This document shows, one piece after another, positions 21,253-33,646 of a stretch of 64,000 bases of DNA. The notes under the pieces are model-generated. The model did no database searches, had not been told where the DNA came from, and saw only the letters and a program-made list of their open reading frames with translations. Within the stretch, counting starts at the first letter, position 1. Every line of letters starts with the position of its first letter. Location of the stretch: positions 1 to 64,000 of the forward strand of contig JAUCBJ010008878.1 of NCBI GenBank assembly GCA_032718475.1, written 5' to 3'. This DNA is from Nemertoderma westbladi (lineage: Eukaryota > Animalia > Xenacoelomorpha). The position numbers and the translations under genes are program-made.

Positions 21253-22629
21253 ATGGATAAAGAAGAAATATTAGTGCTGGTACATCAACATAGAGTATTG
21301 TTTGACAAGCAGCACTATAGCAAAAAATAACTGGCGACAGACAGTGAGTATAATTAAATCTTGATAATTATACAATTATTTTTATAATGTTTAATTATTA
21401 TAATACTGTATGTACAATTTACTACATCAGTCTAGCTACAGTATGTATGGTTTACAAACATATGCACGCTCCCACTGCCATTCCACTGCACCCAGTCCAT
21501 AGAAATAATCACAGGGTGTGTCTCGCACAGCTATAGCTTGGTTATTTGGCCTTCCTGTGGGTTGGTAGGTCGGCATATCCACCAAACCTGGGAGAGGGGG
21601 TTCTCCTCCATCAGAATAATTCCAGGCTCCAGTCCACTACCGGGGATCGTCCTCGTCCTTTACATCGATGAGCTTCGCACAGAAAATTATGTAGTACACA
21701 CGTAGCCTTGATAATGTGGTCTACATTGTCTGGGTTCAAATTTATAACCTTTCGATAGATTCTCCAGCGAGCCGCTACAATTCCAAAAGCATTTTCTACA
21801 ATTCTGCGTCCACGACATAGCCTATAATTGGTGACTTTCTCCTTATCACTTAGCCACCGACTCCTTGGATATGGTATCATTACATTCGGTTTAAGCATAA
21901 ATGCTTCGTCCACTACTACAGTATATAGTGGGGAAACAGCATTCCGCTTGTGTCTAACGGGAGGACCTTGTCGGGTGGCACATAAGCTCCCCTCCTCCAA
22001 CTGCTGACCCATCGCCGAGTCCCTAAATATGTTAGAGTCATTTTGACTTCCGTAGGATCCGACATCAATTGCGATAAACTTGTGATCTGGTCCAACAAGT
22101 GCAAGCAGCACTATTGAAAATACCCCTTAGGCCTATGGTTGGACCAGACTTGCGAGCCCGATTTGTATGGTGCATGAATGATAACATGTTTACCATTCGC
22201 AGCGCCAATACAGTTTGGTTGCTGCCACGAAAGCTGAACATTAGTTCCTTATATAGTTACATCCTGTTGCAAGAAATCTGAAATTTCCCATGTAATAAAT
22301 AATTATTTTTATATTATTGCCTATGTTTCAGCCGCTTCATGCAAGAAATATGGAAAACAATACGCGATCAGTATTTAAAATATACTAGAAAGATAAAGGA
22401 GAGGCACAATAAAACAGAATCGGATGGCGGAACACCACCAACTTTCAAGTTTGCCCAGAAATTAACATTCCTTGATAAATTTTTGGAGCCCCGACCAATC
22501 TTGGCTTCAATTTTGGATATTTATATACAAAAAAACGAGTCGACCAACGATGGCGACTATGGTTTCATTCTGATGTTGGTTCATGACCTCAGGAAAGTAC
22601 CTGAACACAAGAAAATAAAAGTACTGTAA
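21253..22629 (+). pseudogene. MADF/Myb-like Harbinger accessory gene remnant (two exons)
   Basis: Exon 1 MDKEEILVLVHQHRVLFDKQH followed by donor gtgagt near 21344; acceptor tgtttcag at 22331, then WKTIRDQYLK...FKFAQKLTFL and a BESS-like DYGFILMLVHDLRKVP. Confidence 0.6.
21611..22220 (-). pseudogene. Harbinger (DDE_Tnp_4-like) transposase fragment
   Basis: PNCIGAANGKHV (usually GAIDGKH), IDVGSYGSQNDSNIF, DEAF, NYRLCRGRRIVENAFG...RWRI, ATCVLHNF; frameshifted and 5'-truncated. Confidence 0.88.
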
Positions 22630-23667
22630 AGATGGATATAATGAACTTTACATCAGGCTACCATAGAGTCGGTCACAGGACCCCGGACACCGGACACCAG
22701 ACGCCTTTGAGAACCAATTAATCCCGCCTGCAACGAATACAGGATGGCAAACCCCTCATGTACCGGCACCGAACACCTATCAAGACCAACATATACGTGC
22801 ATGGGCGAGCGGGACGGGGTATAACCAGGCGCAACCCCAACTTAATACTACAGCAGATGGTACTTACACACAGATGTATATACAATTGAATGGATGTGAT
22901 GACTGGATGTGAATTGGACGAAATTATGATTATATGTCTTATACTCTGGGTTTATGTCTTTGAAATGCCTATAAATTACAGTAGTTATTGGTAAATTTAG
23001 ATCACTATAATTAGTCCACTGGCATCCTACATTATTCTGACAATATTTAGGTTTACTTACCATAAACAAAGTCCAAGCCTCTCATCAGCCTTCAAAATGT
23101 ATCTTCTTACATGCTCGGATGGAGAAATGTGGGGCTCCACGCTCCAGTAATACAACCAGTTGGTCAAATTGGTGGTCCCCCATTGCTGGTCTGCATGACC
23201 ACAAAGGGTGTACCGGACCGGTACCCAGAAACGACGGTATTTTCTTTCCCTTTGTCTAACGACTGCAAGCAGCAGATGAAGGATTCCTATCTCACAAAGT
23301 ATTCAGTAACACCATATTACTTACACACCTTTCTATGCTCAATATTATACCCAGCTGTATTGCTCATCTAATGTTAATATATTTGTTTTATATTGATCTC
23401 ATATTCCTGCTAACTGTGCTAGAATGCTCAATTTTCGTTTGATTCCATGCATTTATCCCCAATTTACAGCGCAAAAAATTTATATAAGATTTAATAAAGT
23501 AATGGTATACTTTTGGACAAATTTGTTAAGATTCAGACGTTATGGAGTTATGGAGTATTCGATCACATTTAGGTAAAATGCTCAGTTTTCCCAAAGTGGC
23601 ATCATAATGCTGTTTTGTAATGTAATGGAACTATTAACAATTCTTCAGACTTCACGTCCCGGTTAAC

Positions 23668-23912
23668 CATTTGAAGTTGATAATGAGATTATGGTTGGGG
23701 TCAAAGTAATTAAAAAACAGCTAATATTGTGTACATGAGCGTCGTATACAATACCATACATACAGTTCAGTTCATAACATACTCTTACATAAAATAATAA
23801 TAGATAATTATCAAGTCATGGGAAACATTGACCTTTGTCCTTAAATACGGAAGTTAATTATCTCGAATAAACTTTATGTTTTGTAATAGAACTCTTGTCA
23901 TACCTGTTTTCT
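23668..23912 (+). promoter_or_regulatory. Non-coding block upstream of ARM-TIR copy 2, homologous to 5085-5305
   Basis: Same collinear motifs as the copy 1 block. Confidence 0.55.
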
Positions 23913-23983
23913 CTGTATGACTACCACTTCAAACATTTTTAAAGTAGTTCCTCGCCCTGAGCACCGTCGTATGCATAACAAAA

Positions 23984-24083
23984 GGAAGGGATAGAGATCT
24001 TTAGGTGCCATACTATTATAATATTATAATATAATAATATATTATACTTATAGCGGCACCTAAAGATATCTCACCCGTCCTTC
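23984..24083. repeat. Hairpin with AT-rich loop
   Basis: gaaggg...atctttaggtgcc / ggcacctaaagat...ccttc. Confidence 0.7.
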
Positions 24084-24591
24084 TATTAATTAAATCAAAA
24101 ATTTGTACAGATTAGTGTGATAATTTTGTATATAGGCCTAAAGTACTCCAAATGTCGCAATCACGCACAGGTCCCACCATGGTGTAGTGATTTAATCTGT
24201 TGCATTGAATTCGCATCTCTGGTTCTAGATGACATATGTTTCTATTTAGGTATGATGAATGCTTTAATGGGACTAGACTAGATTATTCCTTAACTAAAAT
24301 GAATTGAGATCGGCTAGATCTGTAACCGCCCCCCTACATCTCGCATTAACAAGTACAGTAGGGCCCTACTTATTATTATAATAATCGTACAATCAGTTAC
24401 CACATAACTATTCTCATCAGCAACCACATTGTTCGCATGAATTATATATGGTTATATTATATAATTATATATTATTATATTATGTATATTTTTTAAGACC
24501 ATGTATAAACCCATTTTAAGTCAAGCTCAGACATATTTGTAATTTGGCTTAATATTTGCATTTTTATAGAAGTACTGTATCAACTCTCAAA

Positions 24592-26973
24592 ATGCCGCTC
24601 ATAACTGGAGAAGAGGAAGACCTAGTAGGACACATTAAGGATCTCATACTTGTGATCGAAGAGTCTCCTGAATACCATTATAAACCTCCCCTTGGAGACC
24701 TGGAGAATTTGATTAAAACAGTAGTTAATTTGGGAGACGAGCCGTTAAACCAACCAATATTTCACTTACTTTGGAAGGATCTAATCGAGTTATTGGAGAC
24801 CGTGAATGATGCCAATAACTTACTCGATATGGGGTTAGACAAGTCAAGGGTGATTGAAGCATTTCAAGATGAATCACTTATATTAACTCTTAAACAAGTT
24901 CAGAATATTGAGATCCGCTTGGCTTCAAGGAGCAAGAAATTTTGTGAAGTTCTGGTGGATGAGTGCATTATCGAGCGTTGTCTTGAAGAACTAGATGCAA
25001 TTGATACAAGTTTATACTCTTTGAAGACAGTTAGAGATGTCATGGCTGGAAATATATTTCTAATTGGATGTTTGGTAAAAAAGATAAGTAGTGCAAGAGA
25101 AATATGCACAGAGTGTGATGGTGTGCAGATATTGACAAAGATCTTACCAAAAAGCGAAGCAAAGGTAAAATTGTTCTGTTATTATATTTTATCAATGATA
25201 ATATTGAATGAAAATGATGATGTACTAATATCTAATTCTGATATTATCGGTACAGTTGTAGAGACAGTTAAAGAATGCCTTTCCCAACCCCATCACCAGA
25301 TCAATGTAGACAGCTACTCTCATGATTCTGATACAATGGCTACTTTAATGCTGACAGATCTTTTGGAATGTCTTGGCAAAATATTGCTTAATGATAGTAA
25401 TAAAAGGCAGTTTGTTAATTGTGGTGGAATTCCTTGCTTAATGGAAGTCCTTAAGGGAGAAGCTTGTAATAATGAGGAGAAATTGTTGGCCACTAATATA
25501 ATTTGGCTGTTATCTTTTGATGAAACATATTGCAAGACTTTGCGCGAAAATAAAAGCTGTACAGAAATATTGGAGAATGTAGTTGTACAAGGTAATTGTG
25601 AAGATGATGCATTTGTTAAGCGTCTCAAAGAAAATGCTAAAGGAGCTCTCTTCGAAATCCAAGGATGCTTCATACCTATCAAATTACTTCGAAGTAAAGC
25701 TACGTCCTCTGATCCCAGTACTCCTGTACTCAAAGCAATTTCCGAAGAAAGGAAACTTTCAGGAAAGAAACCCAAAGTGGCTAAAGCAGGCCCAAACGTA
25801 ATTCAGAAGGCCAAAACATTCTCCCCAAAGACAAAGAAAAAATCTCTACCCGATGAAGCACATATGCTGGGAAAATCTGTTCTGCCAACAACATCGAGTA
25901 GATCAAAGTCCATTGAAGTTAGATCAATGCGACGGATTAGTGGTACAACGGCAGAAGTTGATGACCCTATATTGGAGCCAGAATACAACTTTGATGTACC
26001 TCATGATGATGAACAATTTCGTGGTGGCCTGATGCCTGATGATGTTCAGTTATTAGGAGTTGGTGCTTCAAAGATGGTTGATGATGATATACAGTTATTG
26101 GGCAGTGTGCGTGGACCTTTGCCTAGTCACGACCAACTTTCTGTGGAAAGCAGTAAACGCGCTGTAGGACAAGCAATGCTCAGCTATCAATGGGACCACC
26201 AGACTACTATACTACGATTGAAAAAATACCTGGAAAGAGCGGGAATTCCTGTTTGGATGGATGTGGATAACATGGAACGAGATATACTAGATAGCATGGC
26301 TGATGCTGTAGAAAGTTCAGATATTATAATTATGGGATTGTCGAAGAGATACAAGGACAGCTTGTCGTGTCGCACGGAAGCAAAGTATGCCTACACTAAG
26401 AAGAAGTCTGTGATTGCTGTGAAGGTTGAATCCAACTACGAACCAGATGGATGGTTGGGTGCCCTGGTTGGAACGGCCTTATATCACGATATAAGTTCGA
26501 AAGAACTGTTAGATAAGGAATGGCCAAAGATAGCTGAACGTTTGGGAAAGGAGCTCAATATTACAATTAAAACTAAGGACAAGCAAGGACAGAGAGGCAA
26601 AGAAATGATATCAAGTAAGAGAAATAAATTTAGAAATAGGTCAAAAAGAAAACAACATTCCATGAGCATCGATGAACCTGATTCTACTCCAACGACAAGA
26701 AATACTTCAGAGTTGAACAAATCTCCATCTCCCATCATTACTCCAGTAAGCGCATGGACCTCAAGCGATGTTGATAAGTGGGTTACAACGAACCACTTGG
26801 AGAGTTTCAGCGAATTTTTTAAATTCTGGACAGGAAAACAACTCGTGGAACTGATTAATATCCGTAAAGAGTCAACGAGTACTTTGGTTAAATTTGTTGA
26901 GTCGCATTCAGCATGTAATAACTCATCCCAGTTATTGTTTCTGTCAGCTCTTATCAATGATCTGAAACCCTGA
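24592..26973 (+). CDS. ARM-like repeat + TIR + SAM-like protein, copy 2 (793 aa)
   Basis: Paralog of 8825-11128 with the same MPLITGEEED start (ATG at 24592), an identical TIR peptide and a longer divergent linker; same upstream ttttatag acceptor. Confidence 0.88.
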   Translation: MPLITGEEEDLVGHIKDLILVIEESPEYHYKPPLGDLENLIKTVVNLGDEPLNQPIFHLLWKDLIELLETVNDANNLLDMGLDKSRVIEAFQDESLILTLKQVQNIEIRLASRSKKFCEVLVDECIIERCLEELDAIDTSLYSLKTVRDVMAGNIFLIGCLVKKISSAREICTECDGVQILTKILPKSEAKVKLFCYYILSMIILNENDDVLISNSDIIGTVVETVKECLSQPHHQINVDSYSHDSDTMATLMLTDLLECLGKILLNDSNKRQFVNCGGIPCLMEVLKGEACNNEEKLLATNIIWLLSFDETYCKTLRENKSCTEILENVVVQGNCEDDAFVKRLKENAKGALFEIQGCFIPIKLLRSKATSSDPSTPVLKAISEERKLSGKKPKVAKAGPNVIQKAKTFSPKTKKKSLPDEAHMLGKSVLPTTSSRSKSIEVRSMRRISGTTAEVDDPILEPEYNFDVPHDDEQFRGGLMPDDVQLLGVGASKMVDDDIQLLGSVRGPLPSHDQLSVESSKRAVGQAMLSYQWDHQTTILRLKKYLERAGIPVWMDVDNMERDILDSMADAVESSDIIIMGLSKRYKDSLSCRTEAKYAYTKKKSVIAVKVESNYEPDGWLGALVGTALYHDISSKELLDKEWPKIAERLGKELNITIKTKDKQGQRGKEMISSKRNKFRNRSKRKQHSMSIDEPDSTPTTRNTSELNKSPSPIITPVSAWTSSDVDKWVTTNHLESFSEFFKFWTGKQLVELINIRKESTSTLVKFVESHSACNNSSQLLFLSALINDLKP

Positions 26974-27699
26974 CTAAAACTACTTCAAATTGTGTTATTA
27001 TTGATTAGAAGAACGAAACGTTGTAACGAAACGCTAATCTCAAACAAAGTTGTTCATAGCAATCTAAATAACGCCATAATATTGTGATTACATAATTGCG
27101 ATCCAGGATGTAGAAATTATCCTGGCCTGTGTTTTATCACAGATAATGAAATCATGTTCTAATTATTATAATTTATTATGTTGCCTATAAATTAGGACTT
27201 TATCAATATACATTTAAATTACATTACAGATATAACAGTAACATTAACAGTGCCTGCTGAAGCGAAATTAAAGCTGCCAATTTCAAGTAAATTTTATTAA
27301 AATACTCAGATGTTCAATATGTTATTTTGATGATTTATTATTCAAACAGTGTATACAAATAATTATTATATAAATATTGACTAAATGTCTAAATATTGTG
27401 TGTAAATTACTATAATTACAATGTAACATCTTCACCACGCTTTATAAAATGCATTATTTGGTGATTTATGTCAAATCTACCTTTCAAAGCGAGATTATAA
27501 AGCGGATATTTCGTACCCAGTCATTTTGTACCCATGAAAAATATTAAATACTGGTCTGTGAATATAATATCGCTATTAGGGTGTCAGCTATATACTTCTT
27601 CAGCTTGGAGCAGAACCACACCGAAGCACATCTCCAGCTCAGTAGTGGTATTCCTGGACCTTGACGGCGGCGGAAATTGAACCTGGGACCAATGTGGAT

Positions 27700-27835
27700 G
27701 GATGGTGTTTGATATGTTTGAAGGCAAGTCCAAAAATTCACCTTGCAGTATTCTAGGTATATTGCTTCATATAGGCCTTCTTGGCCTTGAGAAAAATACT
27801 GCACATGGCTCACGTCATCAAACCTTGTTCTGGTG
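27700..27835 (-). pseudogene. Possible piggyBac transposase C-terminal remnant
   Basis: RTRFDDVSH...YCKVNFWTCLQTY loosely resembles the RxDxxxH...CxV.LC...CFxxYH Cys-rich tail; heavily decayed. Confidence 0.25.
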
Positions 27836-30800
27836 CTGGCTGGAGGGCATTAGCACAATGAGTAGCAACCACAGAGGATGACACTTGGTTACCCAAGCTA
27901 AAGGTGATTTGACATCTGTAAGTAATGCTAAGTTGGGTGCTTGGGGATAGGCTCTGAGATCTCAACTCGGACACAGAGCAAAGGAGATAAATGGAAAATG
28001 CACTTTATCTGAGCAAATTGTTTCATTCCAATACTGCTAGGGCAGTATTGACTATGAGTGTATCCAATGGTTCTGGGAACTGAAGGGAGATAACTCTTTG
28101 GTACATGACAATAGTGCAGGTAGATATCTCTGGTACAGGACAATAGTGCAGGTAGCTAACGAGATCCGAGAGGCCCCGATTCGAGAGGTATGCAGTACCC
28201 AGTACTGGTACCTAATACTTTTAGTTTAATGGGGGGGGGGGGGGGGATACCCCCCCCCCCCCCCCCTGGGTACAAATTTCGAATTTTTGATTTAATGAAA
28301 TGAGAAATAAGAATTTAATGGGGATTTCACATTTTAAAACAGCTTAGCCTAGCTTTAAAACCGACAAACCGCCAGACAGACTGTTCGCGCTTTCAGACCT
28401 TTAGCAGTTTAACCTGCCAATTTTAGGTGTCCTCTTGTTTATAAATCGACTTTAGCCTATAACAATTATTTAATGCACATGAAGTAACATTAGCCGAAGC
28501 CAGTCTATGCGCGATCATTCACCCACAGTTAAGGGAGACTGGATTCGGATGCTTTGACCTTATTGCGGTGTAGACCTACTGTATTATTCGATTGATCACT
28601 ACTATATAATCTCTGACAATATTATTCACTTTCGAGGAAATATTAACAGTTCCTTTAGGACGTGGCACTTTAAGTATAAAACAGAGTTATGACTTATACT
28701 GAACACAACGGGATGGCTACTGATTTTCGTAAATAGCGCATTCTTTAGGATATGCTTTATTATCTGTCACACTGCTGCATACGATTTCGCACTGCTGCAC
28801 ACTGATCTGCCGACCGTCACTGAATTTGATCATATATAAGGAGGATAGCAACTGACACATGTAGGGATTATGAAATAGCATTTAATGCACACTAAAACCA
28901 CTGTAATGTAAGTCGCAATTGCTACCGGTAACCGGTCCCTCTAACCTTTAGTAATCAAGAAGATTGGGGGTTTTATGATTATTTATCGATATTCTCCCAA
29001 TGTAACAACATATCCATCAACATATAACCATTAATAACAGACAGTAAACAGAAGTACAATAATGCGGTGATATTCAGCCAGTATCGGTAGTACCGGTACC
29101 GCAGTTGCAGGTGCAGTATCAAAGTTGTTCAGTCAGTGCAGACTGCAGATAATAGATTTACGTTCTTATAATCAAAGCCGTCTAATGTTGGCCAAAGTCT
29201 GAAACTTCTACCGAAGTACAGAAGAATCCTAAGCCGGTGTTCTGGGCTTAGAAAAGATACACACTGACTGAATTGCGTGGGTTTCTGTAGGCACTGTCCA
29301 ACACAAAGTGAAAATCGCTCTGATTGGCCGAGCAGAACAAAGAACAAAGAAAAGCTCCACGCTGGCAGTAAATCAGCTGACAGATTTCGTCATCTGAATT
29401 ACACTCTATTTAGAGTATTTGGCGTATTGCGGCATAAAATTGCTTGTTATGTCCGCTAAAACACCTACAGGGTACATTGCGGATAAAATGGCTTGTTATG
29501 TCCGCTAAAACAACTAAACAGTTCATTGCGGAGAAAAATGACTGGTTATATCCGCAAAAGCTTTTACACAGACAGATTAGATACTTCCAAACATTAAAGC
29601 TGTCGTCGGAAATGAAATCACCAACCATGAAAGCCCCATTTTAAAATTTAGGTGGTGTGCAGCCTTAGTGCAAAACAGTACTACAAATTAACAGACCCGG
29701 GGCGGACAGATTTGAGCGGGCTGCAGAAAGGTTCAAACTTTAAAGGAAATTATCTTAGAAATACATTTTTAGATTTTCAATTTTTTAAAGTACAGTACTA
29801 CTCGACCGTCATTGTTCACCAAAATTTGATAATTTATGGCTCGGTTGAAAGGTTTTTTTGAAGATCCTGAAAAACTCCCTCAGCTCTTTTTTTAAAAAGT
29901 TTAATTCAAATATTAGTGCGAATTTTTATTAATTGAATAAATTAAAATTAATTTATTTATTTAAGGCTAAAATACATCTCGACTACCCTTTAAGAAAGCC
30001 CTCCGCCTGACGGCACTAGGTAGGACAGAATATATTTTTATTATTTTATTAAATATATTATTATTATAACATTTTTTATCATTTACTTAAATTTTTAAAG
30101 TTTCACTTTCTGAAATTTAAGTATTCAAATATTATTAATTTAATTAAAAATTGATAATTGAAAAAATCTGCTGGAGATTTTCGTAGATTTGAAGGTGCTG
30201 AGAACAAAAAAGTTGGTTTAAAAAATTATGACAAATATTAAATTGAATATTAAATATTAAATAAATAAATCATAAATCATTTATCATAAATCATTTAAAA
30301 TAATATCAAATATTAAATATTACACTACTACCTAGTGTATTACTGTATTAGTAAATTATTTAATTCTGCGACTCGCTTTGAATTAAATTATTAACCATCG
30401 TAAGGTGTATAGTATCACCTGGCTGCTTCAATGAATCGCGGACCTCATGTGTCTTAACTAACATGGTAAACAATGGTAAACTAACAGGAGTTGATGGCCC
30501 CAAGGTCTGTGCCATAGATAAGGGAGGCAGTCGTTCCATATTTCTTCCAGTTATTTTGTCGCTACCACGGTCAAGTATGGGAAGTTGGGGACTCTTCGTA
30601 CATATAGTTGCAGAACGCGGTCTATACTATAGTCCGGGTGTGTTTCCAGAAGCCTCAGGACCTCAGCGACTGTAGGTACCGGTAGTGTTTCCTACTGTTT
30701 TAGCTTTATCCTCCTCTTCTTTGAGCTGAAGCAGAGCCTGCTGGTAGGCAAGTTCTATCCCATGCCCGGGATCCTTAGTGACAGTGAGAACATCCTCATT

Positions 30801-31098
30801 TTAAACTGTTGGTGGGCTTGGAAACTGTAGGCCTAGGCATCCCATTCGTGTTAGAGATCTTGTCAGATATGTTTTAACATAGGGGAAACGTGTTTTATAG
30901 TAAGTAAGGGGGTATCTGAATGATACACACCCACAAGTTGGAGATCACTAAAGCATGTGTAACTGAAATAGGGTTAAGTATGGATATTTTATAATGCCAT
31001 ACTGGTACAATCAAGCAGTATACACCAAAGCATATTGTTTACATTTTGTACTACCTGTAAACTAAACCATTTAATATTGATAATTATATTTAATACAT

Positions 31099-31776
31099 TG
31101 TAAGCGGATTCAATTCCCTTCATTCTCCACCTTAAAATGGGACCAGTGGCATTTTACCAATATAGTTGGCAATGCGAGATTACCAATAAATAATCTCGCC
31201 TCATAACCAACTCGGGGGGGGGGGGGGGGGGGCGACACACGCCCTAAGCCACAGAGAGAGGTGAGAGGTCAAACCACCTCAGAGGGAAAACCCAGCTAGC
31301 GAGGCTAGCATCAGGGAGTAACACCTACAGGGAGTGCCGAAGTGACAATTAGTATATAAGCCAATAGCGGGCAGGGGAGCACGTGGGGAAGGATAGAAGG
31401 GCATCCATTGTGTATCAAAGGCCACAGTAATGTAGAGGTGAAACCAATATGTATCAATCATATAGTTACCCTGATTACTGATTTACGGGTCAGTTTATTA
31501 TTATACAGTTGCAAACCGGCATAGTTTTGACCGTCATTTTATAGTCTTTGTAACTTATACTACAATTACTGTACTGTTGCTGTGATCATTTTATATTACA
31601 ATCTATATTGTTCATTAATCCGACTGTGCTATTATCACTGAGATTAATACTGAGAAACCAAAACTCTGTTATTTTTCCCGACGGCCTTTGGCCAAAGATA
31701 CCAGCCCAGCAGACCAGCAATTAAGTGACGCGTACAGCCTTACCCGGTCGGGATCATAGAACTCAATCCCGTCACA
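31099..31776. mobile_element. Solo LTR (678 bp)
   Basis: TGT...ACA termini, 5-bp TSD TACAT at 31094-31098 and 31777-31781; the adjacent tandem duplicate shows the empty site. Confidence 0.85.
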
Positions 31777-31781
31777 TACAT

Positions 31782-31960
31782 TGTCAAGCATATTAAGTAA
31801 AAAATCCTTACCGGTAGGTATGAATGGACCAAAACAATATGAAATATTGTAAACATTTAATATTGATAATTATTTTTAATAAATTGTCAAGCAAGTTAAG
31901 TAAAAAATCCTTACCGGTAGGTATGAATGGACCAAAACAATATGAAATATTGTAAACATT
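31782..31960 (+). repeat. Tandem duplication of about 103 bp
   Basis: tgtcaagca...aaatccttaccggtaggtatgaatggaccaaaacaatatgaaatattgtaaacatt occurs twice. Confidence 0.85.
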
Positions 31961-31982
31961 GTAAATATTATTGGTTCTTCAA

Positions 31983-33564
31983 TAGGGTTGGTGACTCAAA
32001 ACAAAAATGTTTCTATAAATACTGTACGTTCATAAAATGTAAAAAGGTGTGCTGATCACGAATCTAAAAACCGTTTTTAATTTCATCGAGTTCCGGTTGA
32101 GATTGAGGGGTTTATACACAAGCGCGGGAAAATCTTAGTTTAAACGCTTTGATTTACTGTACCACTTACTGTTCCACTTTGTCGCTAGGCAACGCTAACA
32201 ACATTCACTAGCTAACAGCATACAGTTTACGATTGTTTGATGTAGGCTAATTTTAGTTATAAAGATTAAGATATTTATATTATTAGTTTGACACAACAAT
32301 GTAATGTTTATTGTTTAAGATTATTTTTATTTGTTTGTAGCGACACTGTAGGGGTTGTCCTACCAAGTATTATAGGCCTACTGTATTTACGAATGTGATT
32401 TAAGGCTACAAGTTTTGGACTTTGCTTTTAAATATTTTAGATATTTTTAATATCTTATGCTTTTAAACCATCCGCAGTTTTTATAAACCTGAAATTTCAC
32501 ATCGGATTTAAACGCATTTATGACAACATAACATAGTGTATTGCGATTATGTTCTAGAACACGATGTATAGCTATTCACATACAGTATGTTTGTTTATTT
32601 ATAGCCACATATTAGCTATATCAAACCCACACACAACCAACGAATGCGGACATATTTAAAAATATTGAAACACCATGAGCACGTAATGAGAGTAAAAATA
32701 CATAGGAAATTGAACGAGAATAATGGTCAAAATTTATTGAACTCACCTGTATTCGCACACAGCAACACAACATTGAAAAGGAACTTGAAAAAATAGTTTA
32801 CCTGAATTTATTCTACGTGAGTTCATGCAATTGGGAACAAAACAATAAGAACAGTGAGATTTGGCCATGTTTGTGTTGCTCTCAGTGTGCGAAACTGCAA
32901 ACACAGTTGATTGATAAAGTTGATAGATAAAGTTGGACCTTATATTTTCTTTCAATTTCCTATTTAATTTTCCTCTTTAATTTTTATATTGGGTTTAATA
33001 TAGCAAATATTATGTTGCTACAAACAAAGATAGGTATAGCTATCCATCACCACCGTGTTCTAGAACATAATCGCAATACTCTGTGATATTATTATTAATG
33101 CGTTTAAATCCAATGTGAAATTTCAGAAATGGTTTATTAGCATTTTTACAGATAGAATAAGGTCCAAGAATAATACTACAGTAGGTAGGACAACCCCTAC
33201 ACAACAGTGCCGCTACAAACGAATAAAAATAATATTAAACAATGAACATTATATTGTTGTGTTAAACTAATAATATAAATATCTTAATCTTTATAACTAA
33301 AATTAGCCTACATCAAACAATAGTAAACTGTATGCTGTTTAGCTAGTGAATGTTGTTAGCGTTGTCTAGCGACAAAGTGGAACAGTAAGTGGTACAGTAA
33401 ATCAGAGCGTTTAAACTACGATTTTCCCGCGCTGGTGTATAGACCCCTCAATCTCAGCATCAACAGGATGAAATTAAAAACGGTTTTCAGATTCGTGATC
33501 CGCACAACTTTTTACATTTTACAAACGTGTTTATAGATTTTTTTTTTTTGAGTCACCAACCCTA
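31983..33564. mobile_element. Foldback-type DNA transposon derivative with inverted arms of about 550-600 bp and a THAP-like exon in the spacer
   Basis: Termini tagggttggtgactcaaaa / ttttgagtcaccaacccta; arms stay collinear to about 32590 and 33030; the - strand at 32868-32747 encodes MAKSHCSYCFVPNCMNS...KLFFQVP followed by a gtgagt donor. Confidence 0.8.
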
Positions 33565-33646
33565 CTGTCCACTTCAATAAACCATTTAAATTTCCCGCAT
33601 CGTTTCCCATAATCGTATATATATATATAGGCCATATATAGTTTTA

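Larger units (their letters stand above)
20910..22640. mobile_element. Decayed PIF/Harbinger transposon
   Basis: Left end agggggaaccccaaccaacgcggacgc after TTA, with subterminal copies near 20987 and 21090; contains transposase and MADF/Myb-like remnants. Right TIR not found. Confidence 0.7.

Noticed and set aside
24556-24591. 12-aa N-terminal extension of copy 2 in the ORF track
   Set aside because: Starts at TTG and overlaps the splice acceptor; the ATG at 24592 matches copy 1.
29050-30880. Coding-like stretches on the - strand (about 29130-29400 and 30480-30800)
   Set aside because: Interrupted by stops and no recognisable family motif.
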